Of a stretch of DNA of 40,689 nt, positions 22,266 to 30,331 are shown piece after piece. How positions within the stretch are numbered: position 1 is the stretch's first letter; each line of letters starts with the position of its first letter. The translations under genes were made by a program, and so were the position numbers. Source of the DNA: a virus; IMG/VR virus record IMGVR_UViG_3300027111_000004, positions 1 through 40,689 of that record; one strand, 5' to 3'. Under the pieces are notes generated by a model. That model saw nothing but the letters and a program-made list of their open reading frames with translations, ran no database searches and was not told where the DNA came from.

Positions 22266-23531
22266 ATGGCAACACTCACGGTTCCTATCTCTGACGCGGT
22301 GATCAAGCGGCACGCCGAAGATCCGCACGTCACCGAGTTGAACGACCCACGGCACCCGCTGCGCTTTCGTTACCGTAACGATCGCAGCAAAGGCAGTTGG
22401 CATCTGGTGCGCTACGACAACGGCCCGAAGTGGCGCAAGGCGGCGAACTGGCCCGACGTGCCGACGCGGCTGATGATCGACAGCGTGCCCGACGTGCTGG
22501 CCCGTCTAATGACCGATCCGACTGCGGTGGCCACCGTCGATGGCTGGGAGCGCGTTGGCCAGGTGCTGGACTGGTACGTCGAACGTCTGAAGGCTGACCG
22601 GGCATTATCCAGTGAGCGCCGGGCGTCCTCGATGTCGGCGATCACTCGCCAGTTGCTGCCCGCCCTGAGCGACTTGGCGCTGTGCAAACTCAACCCCGAC
22701 ACCCTCGATCGCCATTTGATTTGGCATATGCAGGCCGAGTACAGCCTGGGCTACGTCAAATCAACCTTGGACGTGCTGAAAGTCGTTTTCAGTCGCGCGC
22801 TGGCCCTGAAGAAAATCACCGTCAACCCGATGGCGGGCATCACGTTCGGCAACTTCACCAAAGCGAAGATCAGGCCCAAGGGGGCGCGCTTGCGTCATGT
22901 GGCCGTTGTGGATCTGCTGGCCGACTGGGCTGAGTTCTTCGCCAAGGATCCGGCCGGCGTCGCGCTGATGGTGTTGATGCTGACCCATGCCACGCGCATC
23001 ACTGAAACCCGTTTGGCCAAGTGGAAGAACATTCATCTGGACGCGGGGGAGTGGTTCCTGCCCGGGGCTGACACCAAATCCAAGCGCGACCATGTCCTGC
23101 CACTGACCCCGCAAGCCGTGGCCTTTCTGCGTCGTTACCGTGAAGACCAAGAGGCGAGGGGGTACACCGGGGCTTACCTGTTTCCATCGTCTGTGCGTGC
23201 CGGTCGACCTATGTCACGCAGTCAGGCCTTTGCGGTGTTCACCCGTTACGGCGCCGGCGAATGGACCAGTCACGACCTGCGCAAACTCGCGCCTTCTATA
23301 TGGGCAAACCTTGGCGTGGATCCGCTGGTGGGCAAGCTGCTGCTCAACCACGCGACCAGCGAACTGGAACGCACCTACTTCCAAGCCATGGGCGAACAGG
23401 TCAAGCGCAACGCCCTGGAACGGTGGCACGCATGGCTCGACGCGCAGGGTTTTGACGCGTTGCAGGACAAGACAGGAGCAAGACGCGCCGTTAAGCCGAT
23501 CGCCGTAGACCCCTCGGGCTGGCTGGCCTGA
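22266..23531 (+). CDS. int: Tyrosine integrase, P4/CP4-57-like (421 aa)
   Basis: Arm-binding-type N-terminus (LNDPRHPLRFRYRNDRSKGSWHLVRYDNGPKWRK). Catalytic residues lie in LMLTHATRITE, SHDLRKL, LLNHA and LERTYFQ. Confidence 0.9.
   Translation: MATLTVPISDAVIKRHAEDPHVTELNDPRHPLRFRYRNDRSKGSWHLVRYDNGPKWRKAANWPDVPTRLMIDSVPDVLARLMTDPTAVATVDGWERVGQVLDWYVERLKADRALSSERRASSMSAITRQLLPALSDLALCKLNPDTLDRHLIWHMQAEYSLGYVKSTLDVLKVVFSRALALKKITVNPMAGITFGNFTKAKIRPKGARLRHVAVVDLLADWAEFFAKDPAGVALMVLMLTHATRITETRLAKWKNIHLDAGEWFLPGADTKSKRDHVLPLTPQAVAFLRRYREDQEARGYTGAYLFPSSVRAGRPMSRSQAFAVFTRYGAGEWTSHDLRKLAPSIWANLGVDPLVGKLLLNHATSELERTYFQAMGEQVKRNALERWHAWLDAQGFDALQDKTGARRAVKPIAVDPSGWLA
22367..22381. repeat. Dispersed palindrome copy
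   Basis: TCGTTAC-C-GTAACGA with 7-bp arms, inside integrase codons R-Y-R-N-D. Confidence 0.9.
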
Positions 23532-23571
23532 GCCGTACAACCCAAATTAATCATATAAGAGGATTTTAAAC

Positions 23572-24018
23572 ATGACTGACGTGCCGACGTTGCCAGCGGT
23601 GGTGGGGGGCTTGGACGTGGCGACCGATCGCGTCGAAGGCCCGTTGATTGATCTTGTGACGCGTCACAGCGCTGAGGAAAGCGGCGAGAGTGCGGCGGCG
23701 CAGCGCAAGCGGGAGCAACGGGAACGCGACGCGGCGGCCGGGGTTGTGGAGTTGCGCGCCAGAATTGGGCCGATAGAGGCGGCGCAATTGGCTGAGGCCC
23801 TTGTATTCCGGGCCTCTGGAGCCGAACCGTATACCGCAACCGAATACGTGTTGACGCTGATCCGGCGTGACGCGGATTTGATCAAACAGCAGCGTGGAGT
23901 TGTTGAAAGCAAAAGCTGCGCACACTGCCGAAAGCCTTTGCCACGGGGCTGCGGCGGGGTTTGGGCGGGGGAATTGCCGTGCGTTTTGCCGCAACTTGAA
24001 CGGGCGCTGTGGCTGTGA
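23572..24018 (+). CDS. Hypothetical protein (148 aa)
   Basis: AAGAGGA RBS in an A/T-rich spacer. It has a basic AAAQRKREQRERDAAA segment and a C-terminal CAHC...C cluster. Confidence 0.55.
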   Translation: MTDVPTLPAVVGGLDVATDRVEGPLIDLVTRHSAEESGESAAAQRKREQRERDAAAGVVELRARIGPIEAAQLAEALVFRASGAEPYTATEYVLTLIRRDADLIKQQRGVVESKSCAHCRKPLPRGCGGVWAGELPCVLPQLERALWL

Positions 24019-24056
24019 TCGAGGCCAAAAATCGAAGGGTTGACAGGGTAGGGCGT

Positions 24057-24073
24057 TTACACGTTTAGTGTTT
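24057..24073. promoter_or_regulatory. Operator-like site at the late-region promoter
   Basis: TTACACgtttaGTGTTT (left arm 6/6, right arm 4/6), plus an extra TTACAC half-site at 24076-24081. It overlaps the spacer of the candidate promoter TTGACA (24040)-18-TTTAGT. Confidence 0.45.
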
Positions 24074-24089
24074 TTTTACACGAAAAGAG

Positions 24090-24118
24090 TTGACCCCCTT
24101 TGCAGTTTCCCCTATCGT
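24090..24118 (+). promoter_or_regulatory. Candidate late promoter (pR'-like)
   Basis: TTGACC-17 nt-TATCGT. A terminator follows about 60 nt downstream, and then the holin gene. Confidence 0.4.
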
Positions 24119-24174
24119 TTGCGTCATTGTGGTGTTGTTCCGGCCACGATACTCATCGCAAAACAGTCAATTCA

Positions 24175-24206
24175 GCCCCCGGCCCTCACAGGTCGGGGGT
24201 TTTTTT
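24175..24206 (+). terminator. Terminator between the late promoter and the first late gene (tR'-like)
   Basis: CCCCCG-12 nt-CGGGGG followed by TTTTTTT. Confidence 0.65.
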
Positions 24207-24240
24207 ATGCCTATTCCCCGTGATCGGGAGAACAAACGAG

Positions 24241-24567
24241 ATGCCGAACATGCCCCCAGAAAAAGACCCGACTTTCTGGGTCATTGTTGCCGCTGCACTC
24301 AAGGATCACGGCTTGGCCGGCTTGCTGGCCTTCGTCCTGAGTTATCTGCGGATTCTCTACGAAGCCAAAGAACCGCGCTGGGATCGCCAGTTGTTAGAGG
24401 CCGCGCTGGGCGGTGTTCTGGTGTTCCTGGTCGGTATCGGCGCTGAGAAAGCCGGTTTGGGTGGTGGCTGGTCTTATGGCGTCGGTGGCGTGGTCGGTGT
24501 CCTCGGCGTTGAGCAGGTGCGCCTGTTCGCCCGGCGCTGGGCTGAGCGCAAGGCGGAGACGCTGTGA
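24241..24567 (+). CDS. Holin, three hydrophobic segments (108 aa)
   Basis: GGGAGA RBS. PEKDPTFWVIVAAALKDHGLAGLLAFVLSYLRILYE...LLEAALGGVLVFLVGIGA...GVGGVVGVLGVEQVRLFARRW resembles 3-TM phage holins. It is the first gene after the tR'-like terminator. Confidence 0.6.
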   Translation: MPNMPPEKDPTFWVIVAAALKDHGLAGLLAFVLSYLRILYEAKEPRWDRQLLEAALGGVLVFLVGIGAEKAGLGGGWSYGVGGVVGVLGVEQVRLFARRWAERKAETL

Positions 24568-24692
24568 TGTTCCGGCCGCTGCGGCTGGTTCTGGTTGTTC
24601 TGGTGGCGTTCGCCGTTTCGGCGCATGTCGAGTGTCGGGAATCTGAGGCCTGCAAGCTGCCGGCCGTTACGCATAACGAGGGGTTCGCATGA
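24567..24692 (+). CDS. Unlisted 41-codon ORF encoding a signal-peptide/TM-like peptide, coupled at both ends
   Basis: MFRPLRLVLVVLVAFAVSAHVECRESEACKLPAVTHNEGFA. Its ATG overlaps the holin TGA (TGATG) and its TGA overlaps the next ATG (ATGA). Confidence 0.45.
   Translation: MFRPLRLVLVVLVAFAVSAHVECRESEACKLPAVTHNEGFA
24665..24678. repeat. Dispersed palindrome copy (one arm mismatch)
   Basis: CGTTAC-GC-ATAACG inside the 41-codon ORF. Confidence 0.8.
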
Positions 24693-25069
24693 GCAAGGCT
24701 GAGAGTGCAGGAAAATGGGTTTGGAACGTTGTTCCTGATGTTGGTGGCGATCCTTTGAAAGTGACTGCCGGTCAAATGGAGGTCGATAGCAATGGCGTTC
24801 ACCTCTGTGCCGGTCCGGGTTATTGCGGCGGTCTGATCGCATCGTTTCCGCTCGGCACGCTGGTATGGCGTGAGGAAGCGCCGGTGTCTTCGGCTTCGCC
24901 GGGTGTCGAGCTGGTGGCGGGGGAGTTGGCTCAATTTGATCAGTCTCCCCGCGTCGAAATCGGCGCTATCAATATCACCGTGACTTCCCGTGAGGATGTT
25001 GCGCCGGCTCTCAATGCTGCCCTGCGCGCGCCTTGGCGTATTCGTCCTGGGTTGTTCTGGCCGTTCTGA
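24689..25069 (+). CDS. Hypothetical protein (126 aa)
   Basis: ATGA coupling to the upstream small ORF. No motif recognised. Confidence 0.55.
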   Translation: MSKAESAGKWVWNVVPDVGGDPLKVTAGQMEVDSNGVHLCAGPGYCGGLIASFPLGTLVWREEAPVSSASPGVELVAGELAQFDQSPRVEIGAINITVTSREDVAPALNAALRAPWRIRPGLFWPF

Positions 25070-25087
25070 TTTGCGTAAGGGGGTGGC

Positions 25088-25828
25088 ATGTTCAAGGTCG
25101 GTTTTGATTTGGATTCAGCCACTGCCCTGTTGCAGTTGGACGATATCGAGCGTCGGCAAATCCCGTTCGCCCAGGTATTGACCGCGACCCGGCTGGCCCA
25201 GCGGGTCAAGAAAGGCGTGCTGCCGGTGATGAAGGCCCGGCTTGATCGGCCGACACCGACCACGCTTAACAGCCTTTTTACGAAAGCGGCCTCTACGACC
25301 GGTAAGCCGGCCGAGGTCTATTTTAAGGATTCGTGGGCCTCTGGCATTCCTGCTGACGTTTACCTTCAGCAGGCGGTAACCGGCGGCCTGCGTCCGCATA
25401 AGCGCTTTGAAAAGGCGCTGATCGCTCGCGGCGTCATGCAGGCCAACGAATACGCGGTGCCTACTGCGCCATTCATGAACCAGTACGGCAACGTGTCGCG
25501 CGGCACCATGACCAAGATCCTGTCAGGCATGGGGGCTGCGTCATTGCGTGCGGGGTATCAGGCCAACGCCACGAACAGCCGGCGAAGCAAGGCCAAGGGC
25601 AACGCCCATCGCTATTTCTCTGCTGAGGTCGACGGTACGCGCGGCGTGTGGGAGCGCGTTTCGATGGGCATGGGTGATGCGGTGCGGCCTGTCTTTATCT
25701 TCAGTGCCTCGGCCCCGCGCTACCGCACCATTTTCCCGTTCTTCAAGATCGGCGAGAACATCGTGAAGGCGAACCACGCGGCCGAGTTCGCCCAGGCATT
25801 CGCTGATGCCAAGGCGACGGCGCGCTGA
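25088..25828 (+). CDS. Hypothetical phage protein (246 aa), possibly virion-associated
   Basis: AAGGGGG RBS. It lies just upstream of the packaging genes. There is only a vague resemblance to gp10/gpZ-type completion proteins. Confidence 0.6.
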   Translation: MFKVGFDLDSATALLQLDDIERRQIPFAQVLTATRLAQRVKKGVLPVMKARLDRPTPTTLNSLFTKAASTTGKPAEVYFKDSWASGIPADVYLQQAVTGGLRPHKRFEKALIARGVMQANEYAVPTAPFMNQYGNVSRGTMTKILSGMGAASLRAGYQANATNSRRSKAKGNAHRYFSAEVDGTRGVWERVSMGMGDAVRPVFIFSASAPRYRTIFPFFKIGENIVKANHAAEFAQAFADAKATAR

Positions 25829-25845
25829 TCAGGGGGGCAAGGGTG

Positions 25846-25880
25846 CGAAAGGGCGACGAATGGTCGCCTTTCGTGCCCTT
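25846..25880 (+). terminator. Hairpin/terminator-like element
   Basis: CGAAAGGGCGAC-gaatg-GTCGCCTTTCG (one bulge) followed by TGCCCTTTTCG. Confidence 0.45.
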
Positions 25881-26009
25881 TTCGCTTGACAGGGGCGGGG
25901 GGAGCAAATCCAAAAGGTACTCCCGGACCCCACCCCCATTGGGGGTAATTCGGGCCCCGCTGCTTCGCTACATATGACCCATTTTTGAATCGAGGTTGTT
26001 GTTTCAATC
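25881..26009. other. Candidate cos region
   Basis: Non-coding stretch just upstream of the Nu1-like gene, with G/C runs (GGGGCGGGGGGAGC, CCCCACCCCCATTGGGGG). Lambda-type Nu1/gpA terminases cut at cos next to Nu1. Confidence 0.3.
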
Positions 26010-26564
26010 ATGACGACGAAGTCCATTGCTCAGCAGCCGGGGTGGCTGAACAAGTCGCGCATGGCGGCGAGCCTCGGAATTTCCGTGCAGGCCTTTGATA
26101 AATGGAAGGTTGACCCGGTCCAGCGCATCGGCCGCGAGGCGTTCTATGACGCCAAATCGGTGTTGGCCAATCGGCTCAAACATCAGGGCGCAAAAGATCA
26201 ACCTGTCGACGATGACGGTAATCCGATCGATCCGCTCATTGAGTACAAGCAGGCACAGCAGAAATTGCGCCTGACAACCGAGCAAGCCGATGGGCAAGCG
26301 ATGCGAAATCAGGTCAAGGCAAAAAAGCTGGTGCCGGTTGATTTTGCCGTGTTCGCCCTGGGCAAGTTGAGCGCAATGCTCGGCTCAACCCTCGACACCG
26401 TGCATGCCAAGGTCAAGCGCAAATGCCCGGACATCGAACCGCGACACCTTGAGGCTATCCAGCGCGAGGTCGCCATAGCGCGAAACGACGCCGTCAAGTT
26501 GGCGGACAAACTGCCGGAGTTACTTGATGAGTTCGTCGATTCCTTGGATGAGGGCGCTGATTGA
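26010..26564 (+). CDS. nu1: Terminase small subunit, lambda Nu1-like (184 aa)
   Basis: N-terminal wHTH (LNKSRMAASLGISVQAFDKWKVDPVQRIGREAFYD) as in Nu1. It lies directly upstream of, and overlaps, the large subunit gene. Confidence 0.75.
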   Translation: MTTKSIAQQPGWLNKSRMAASLGISVQAFDKWKVDPVQRIGREAFYDAKSVLANRLKHQGAKDQPVDDDGNPIDPLIEYKQAQQKLRLTTEQADGQAMRNQVKAKKLVPVDFAVFALGKLSAMLGSTLDTVHAKVKRKCPDIEPRHLEAIQREVAIARNDAVKLADKLPELLDEFVDSLDEGAD

Positions 26565-28605
26565 GAGTGTCCGCAAGGGGCTGGAAGGGCTTTACAAAGA
26601 GCCGCCGCTGACCGCGACGGAATGGGCAGACAAACACTTTTATCTGTCGTCCGAATCGTCCTACCAAGAGGGCAAGTGGACCACCGCCCCGTTTCAAGTC
26701 GCGATCTTGAACGCGATGGGCAACGACCTGATCCGTGAAGTCAACGTGCTGAAGTCGGCCCGGGTCGGCTATACGAAAATGCTGGTAGCCAACATGGGCT
26801 ACAAGATCCAGCACAAGAAACGCAACGTCCTGACATGGTGCCCGACTGACGGCGATGCTGACGGGATGATGAAGCGGCACATCGAAACGATGATCCGCGA
26901 CGTTCCGGTGGTGAAGGCCTTGGCGCCTTGGCTCGGCGTGAAGCATCGAGATAACACGCTCGATGAAAAGCGTTTCGATAACGCGAAAATGTTGTGGTGC
27001 TTGGGCGGAACGGCGGCGAAGAATTACCGCGAGAAAAGCCCGGACGAAGTGATCTACGATGAGCTGTCGAAGTTCGACGCGGACATTGAAGGCGAGGGCG
27101 CCCCGACCATCTTGGGCGACAAGCGTCTGGAAGGCGCCACGTTCAAGAAGTCGATTCGCGGATCCACCCCGACGACCATTGTGCCCGCTGCTGAAGGCGA
27201 GGAAACGACGGGCGAGGGCTGTCAGATCACGCGGGCGGCGGATGATTCCCCGCACCTGCTGCGCTTCAACATCAAGTGCCCGCACTGCCAGACGGAACAG
27301 CATCTGAAGTGGGGCGACCCCGAAACGCCGTTCGGCATCAAGTGGCTGCTCAACGACCTCAAGCAGGTCGAAAAGGCGTGGTACGCGTGCGAGTCAGGAC
27401 ACGGTTGCACGTTCGAATATCACGAAATGATCGCGGCGTCGGCCAGTGGTCGCTACATCTGTGAGCGTTCCGGGATCTGGACGCGTGACGGCATGGAATG
27501 GTTTACCAGTGCGGACAAGCCCATGCAGGCGCCGCGATCGGTGACGTTCCATATCTGGACGGTGTATTCCGAGTTTGTCACCTGGGCGGAAGTCGTCAGC
27601 GAGTGGATTAAGGTCAAGAAGGACCGGGGCAAGCTCAAGACCTTTATCAACACCACGTTGGGCGAGGCTTGGGAGGAAGATCAGGGCGAGCAGTTGGAAT
27701 GGCAGCAGCTACAGGCGCGCCGCGAGGTATACGCCGAGGTGCCGCCGTGGGTGGTCGCCATCTTCGGCGGCATCGACACGCAGGACGATCGTTACGAGGG
27801 TCGGTTTTGGGGGTTCGGTGCTGGTGAGGAAGCCTGGTTAATTCACAAGTTCATCCTGACGGGTGATCCGGCCAGCGTCGAGCTGCGCAAGAAGGTCGGA
27901 CTTGAGCTGAAAAAGCGATTCATTCGTGAGGACGGAACAGTCCTCACGCTTGAACGAGCCTGCTGGGACCAAGGCGGGCACTACTCGGACGAAGTGCGAG
28001 AGGAAAGTATCAAGCACGGCGTTAACTGGATCATTCCTGTTTTCGGTGCGTCGACCTACGGCAAGCCGATCGCGACGTGGCCCCGCACTAAAACCAAGGT
28101 CAAAGGCGGCCGTGTGTATCTGGTCGAGGTCGGGACGGATAACGCGAAAGAGCTGATTTATAACCGTCTGACTATTCAACCGGACACCTCAGGCGCTCGC
28201 GTTCCAGGGTGCGTTCATTTGCCAGCAAACGACCTGTTGTGCGGTGAGGACGAATTACGACAACTCACGGCCGAGAGGCGCAAGTGGGTGATCGTCAAGC
28301 ATCGGCGCGTGCAGCGCTGGGACGCAGGCGGTCGCCGCAACGAAGCGCTTGATTGCTTTGTGTATGCGCTCGCCGCGTTACGCATAACGCAGCAGCGGTT
28401 CGGTATGAACCTCGATTTACTCGCGCAGCAGTTGCCGTCCGGCATCTGGCATGTGCCGGACGTTTCCAGTCCACAAGATCAGGCGCCCGAAACGGAGCCG
28501 GTGCCGATTGTGGCGCCGGGTCCCGTCGACGTGCCCAAACCATCACCAGCGCCGCCCCGAGAACCAGAGGTGTGGCTCGAAACGGAGAACAACGGATGGC
28601 TATAA
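26548..28605 (+). CDS. Terminase large subunit, lambda gpA-like
   Basis: MRALIESVRKGLEGLYKEPPLTATEWADKHFYLSSESS parallels the lambda gpA N-terminus (VRAGLRSLFRPEPQTAVEWADANYYL). The start could instead be 26527. Confidence 0.9.
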   Translation: MRALIESVRKGLEGLYKEPPLTATEWADKHFYLSSESSYQEGKWTTAPFQVAILNAMGNDLIREVNVLKSARVGYTKMLVANMGYKIQHKKRNVLTWCPTDGDADGMMKRHIETMIRDVPVVKALAPWLGVKHRDNTLDEKRFDNAKMLWCLGGTAAKNYREKSPDEVIYDELSKFDADIEGEGAPTILGDKRLEGATFKKSIRGSTPTTIVPAAEGEETTGEGCQITRAADDSPHLLRFNIKCPHCQTEQHLKWGDPETPFGIKWLLNDLKQVEKAWYACESGHGCTFEYHEMIAASASGRYICERSGIWTRDGMEWFTSADKPMQAPRSVTFHIWTVYSEFVTWAEVVSEWIKVKKDRGKLKTFINTTLGEAWEEDQGEQLEWQQLQARREVYAEVPPWVVAIFGGIDTQDDRYEGRFWGFGAGEEAWLIHKFILTGDPASVELRKKVGLELKKRFIREDGTVLTLERACWDQGGHYSDEVREESIKHGVNWIIPVFGASTYGKPIATWPRTKTKVKGGRVYLVEVGTDNAKELIYNRLTIQPDTSGARVPGCVHLPANDLLCGEDELRQLTAERRKWVIVKHRRVQRWDAGGRRNEALDCFVYALAALRITQQRFGMNLDLLAQQLPSGIWHVPDVSSPQDQAPETEPVPIVAPGPVDVPKPSPAPPREPEVWLETENNGWL
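28375..28390. repeat. Dispersed palindrome copy (one arm mismatch)
   Basis: GCGTTAC-GC-ATAACGC inside the terminase large subunit gene (codons A-L-R-I-T-Q). Confidence 0.8.
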
Positions 28606-28808
28606 GCGCGCAAGAGATGCTGGATAAGTATCTGGAGGCAGAAGAAGCCATTTTGCTGGGGAAGACCACGATTTTCATGGGTCGCACTCACACGATGGCG
28701 GAACTGCCGCAAATCCAAGCCGGGCGGCGCGAGTGGGAGCGCAAGGTTAACGCCCAGCGTAACGCCGCACAGGGTAGCCCGGGTTATTCCCTGGCTACGT
28801 TTCCTTGA
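28596..28808 (+). CDS. Head-tail joining protein, lambda gpW-like (70 aa)
   Basis: Small ORF between the terminase and portal genes, as in lambda. Its ATG overlaps the terminase stop region. Confidence 0.65.
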   Translation: MAISAQEMLDKYLEAEEAILLGKTTIFMGRTHTMAELPQIQAGRREWERKVNAQRNAAQGSPGYSLATFP

Positions 28809-30331
28809 ACGCCTTGGACCGCCTGATTGCGGCGGTAAGCCCTGCCGCCGGGCTTAAGCGTCTAGCGGCGCGCAGCGGCATTCAGGCTTTTGAGGCGGCC
28901 AAGATCACCCGCACGCACAAAGCGGCACGTCAAACCCGGAGCGCTGACAGTTCGCTTCAGCAAGACGCCGAATCATTGCGGGGGCAGTCCCGCAAGTTGG
29001 ACGAGGACCACGATCTGGTCACCGGGATTTTTGACCGGCTGGAAGAGCGTGTGGTGGGCGGTGCGGGCATTGCGGTTGAGCCGCTGCCGCTCGACCACGC
29101 GGGAAACATTCATTTGGGGTTCGCGGCGCAAATCAAGGATGCGTGGGCCGAGTGGTCGCTGCGGCCGGAAACTTCGGGCGAGTTGAGCCGGGCGCAGATG
29201 GAACGGCTGGTGTGCCGTACATGGTTGCGCGACGGTGAGGCGCTGGCTCAGTTGCTGATGGGTACGGTGCCGAACTTCAAGCATCTGCACGCGGTTCCGT
29301 TCTCCCTGGAGCTGCTGGAGCCGGATTATTTGCCCTGGAACTACAACGATGAAGCGAAGGGCATTTGTCAGGGCATCACCCGGGACGCTTGGCGGCGGGT
29401 CAAGGGCTACAACCTGCTGAAGCGACACCCGGGCAGTGCCTTGGGTTTCAGCATGTCCACGGATACCAAGTTCGTGCCGGCCGAGCAGATGTTGCACATC
29501 GCTTACCGCAAGCGCTTGGGGCAGAACCGAGGACAGCCGCTGTTGCATGCCGTGCTGACGCGGCTGGCGGACATCAAGGATTACGAGGAAAGCGAGCGTG
29601 TTGCCGCGCGGATCAGTGCTGCCCTGGCGATGTTCATCAAAAAGGGTTCCACGGATGACTATGTCGTGGCTCCCACAACCGCTGGCAAGGACGGTCAGGC
29701 CACCGGCGCCCGGAGTATTCCGATCGCTCCGGGCATGGTGTTTGACGGGCTGCTGCCCGGCGAAGACGTGGGGATGATCGAAAGCAACCGGCCAAGCCAG
29801 TTTGTCGAGAGTTTCCGTAACGGCCAGTTGCGTGCGGTTTCGGCCGGTACTCGTATCGGCTATTCGACCGCGACGCGCAGCTATGACGGCACGTATTCCG
29901 CGCAGCGTCAGGAGTTGGTCGAGTCACAACTGGGCTACGACCTGCTGCAACGTGAATTCATCGACTACTGGTCGCGCAAGGTTTACCGGACGTTTATCCA
30001 GATGGGCTTGCTCAGTGGAGTGTTGAAGCCACCGGGTGATGTGAACATGGATTCGGTTTTCAGCGCGGTTTATCAGGGGCCGGTGATGCCTTGGATCAAC
30101 CCGGTGCATGAAGCGAATGCGTGGGAAGCGCTCGTTAAGGCCGGTTATGCAGATGAAGCCGAAGTGGTGCGGGCGCGGGGACGCAACCCGCAAGAGCTTA
30201 AGCGCTCGCGCGAATCTGAAATTGCCAACAACCGGGCAAAGGGACTGGTTTTCAGTTCGGACGCCTATCACCAGTTCTACGGGAAGACGACTATCAATGC
30301 AGACCTTTCAGGCACGAAAAAACAAACGTAA
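28805..30331 (+). CDS. Portal protein, lambda gpB family (508 aa, TTG start)
   Basis: MNALDRLIAAVSPAAGLKRLAARSGIQAFEAAK...RSADSSLQQDAESLRGQSRKLDEDHDLVTGIFDRLEERVVG is the typical lambda-family portal N-terminus. Gene order also fits. Confidence 0.85.
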   Translation: MNALDRLIAAVSPAAGLKRLAARSGIQAFEAAKITRTHKAARQTRSADSSLQQDAESLRGQSRKLDEDHDLVTGIFDRLEERVVGGAGIAVEPLPLDHAGNIHLGFAAQIKDAWAEWSLRPETSGELSRAQMERLVCRTWLRDGEALAQLLMGTVPNFKHLHAVPFSLELLEPDYLPWNYNDEAKGICQGITRDAWRRVKGYNLLKRHPGSALGFSMSTDTKFVPAEQMLHIAYRKRLGQNRGQPLLHAVLTRLADIKDYEESERVAARISAALAMFIKKGSTDDYVVAPTTAGKDGQATGARSIPIAPGMVFDGLLPGEDVGMIESNRPSQFVESFRNGQLRAVSAGTRIGYSTATRSYDGTYSAQRQELVESQLGYDLLQREFIDYWSRKVYRTFIQMGLLSGVLKPPGDVNMDSVFSAVYQGPVMPWINPVHEANAWEALVKAGYADEAEVVRARGRNPQELKRSRESEIANNRAKGLVFSSDAYHQFYGKTTINADLSGTKKQT

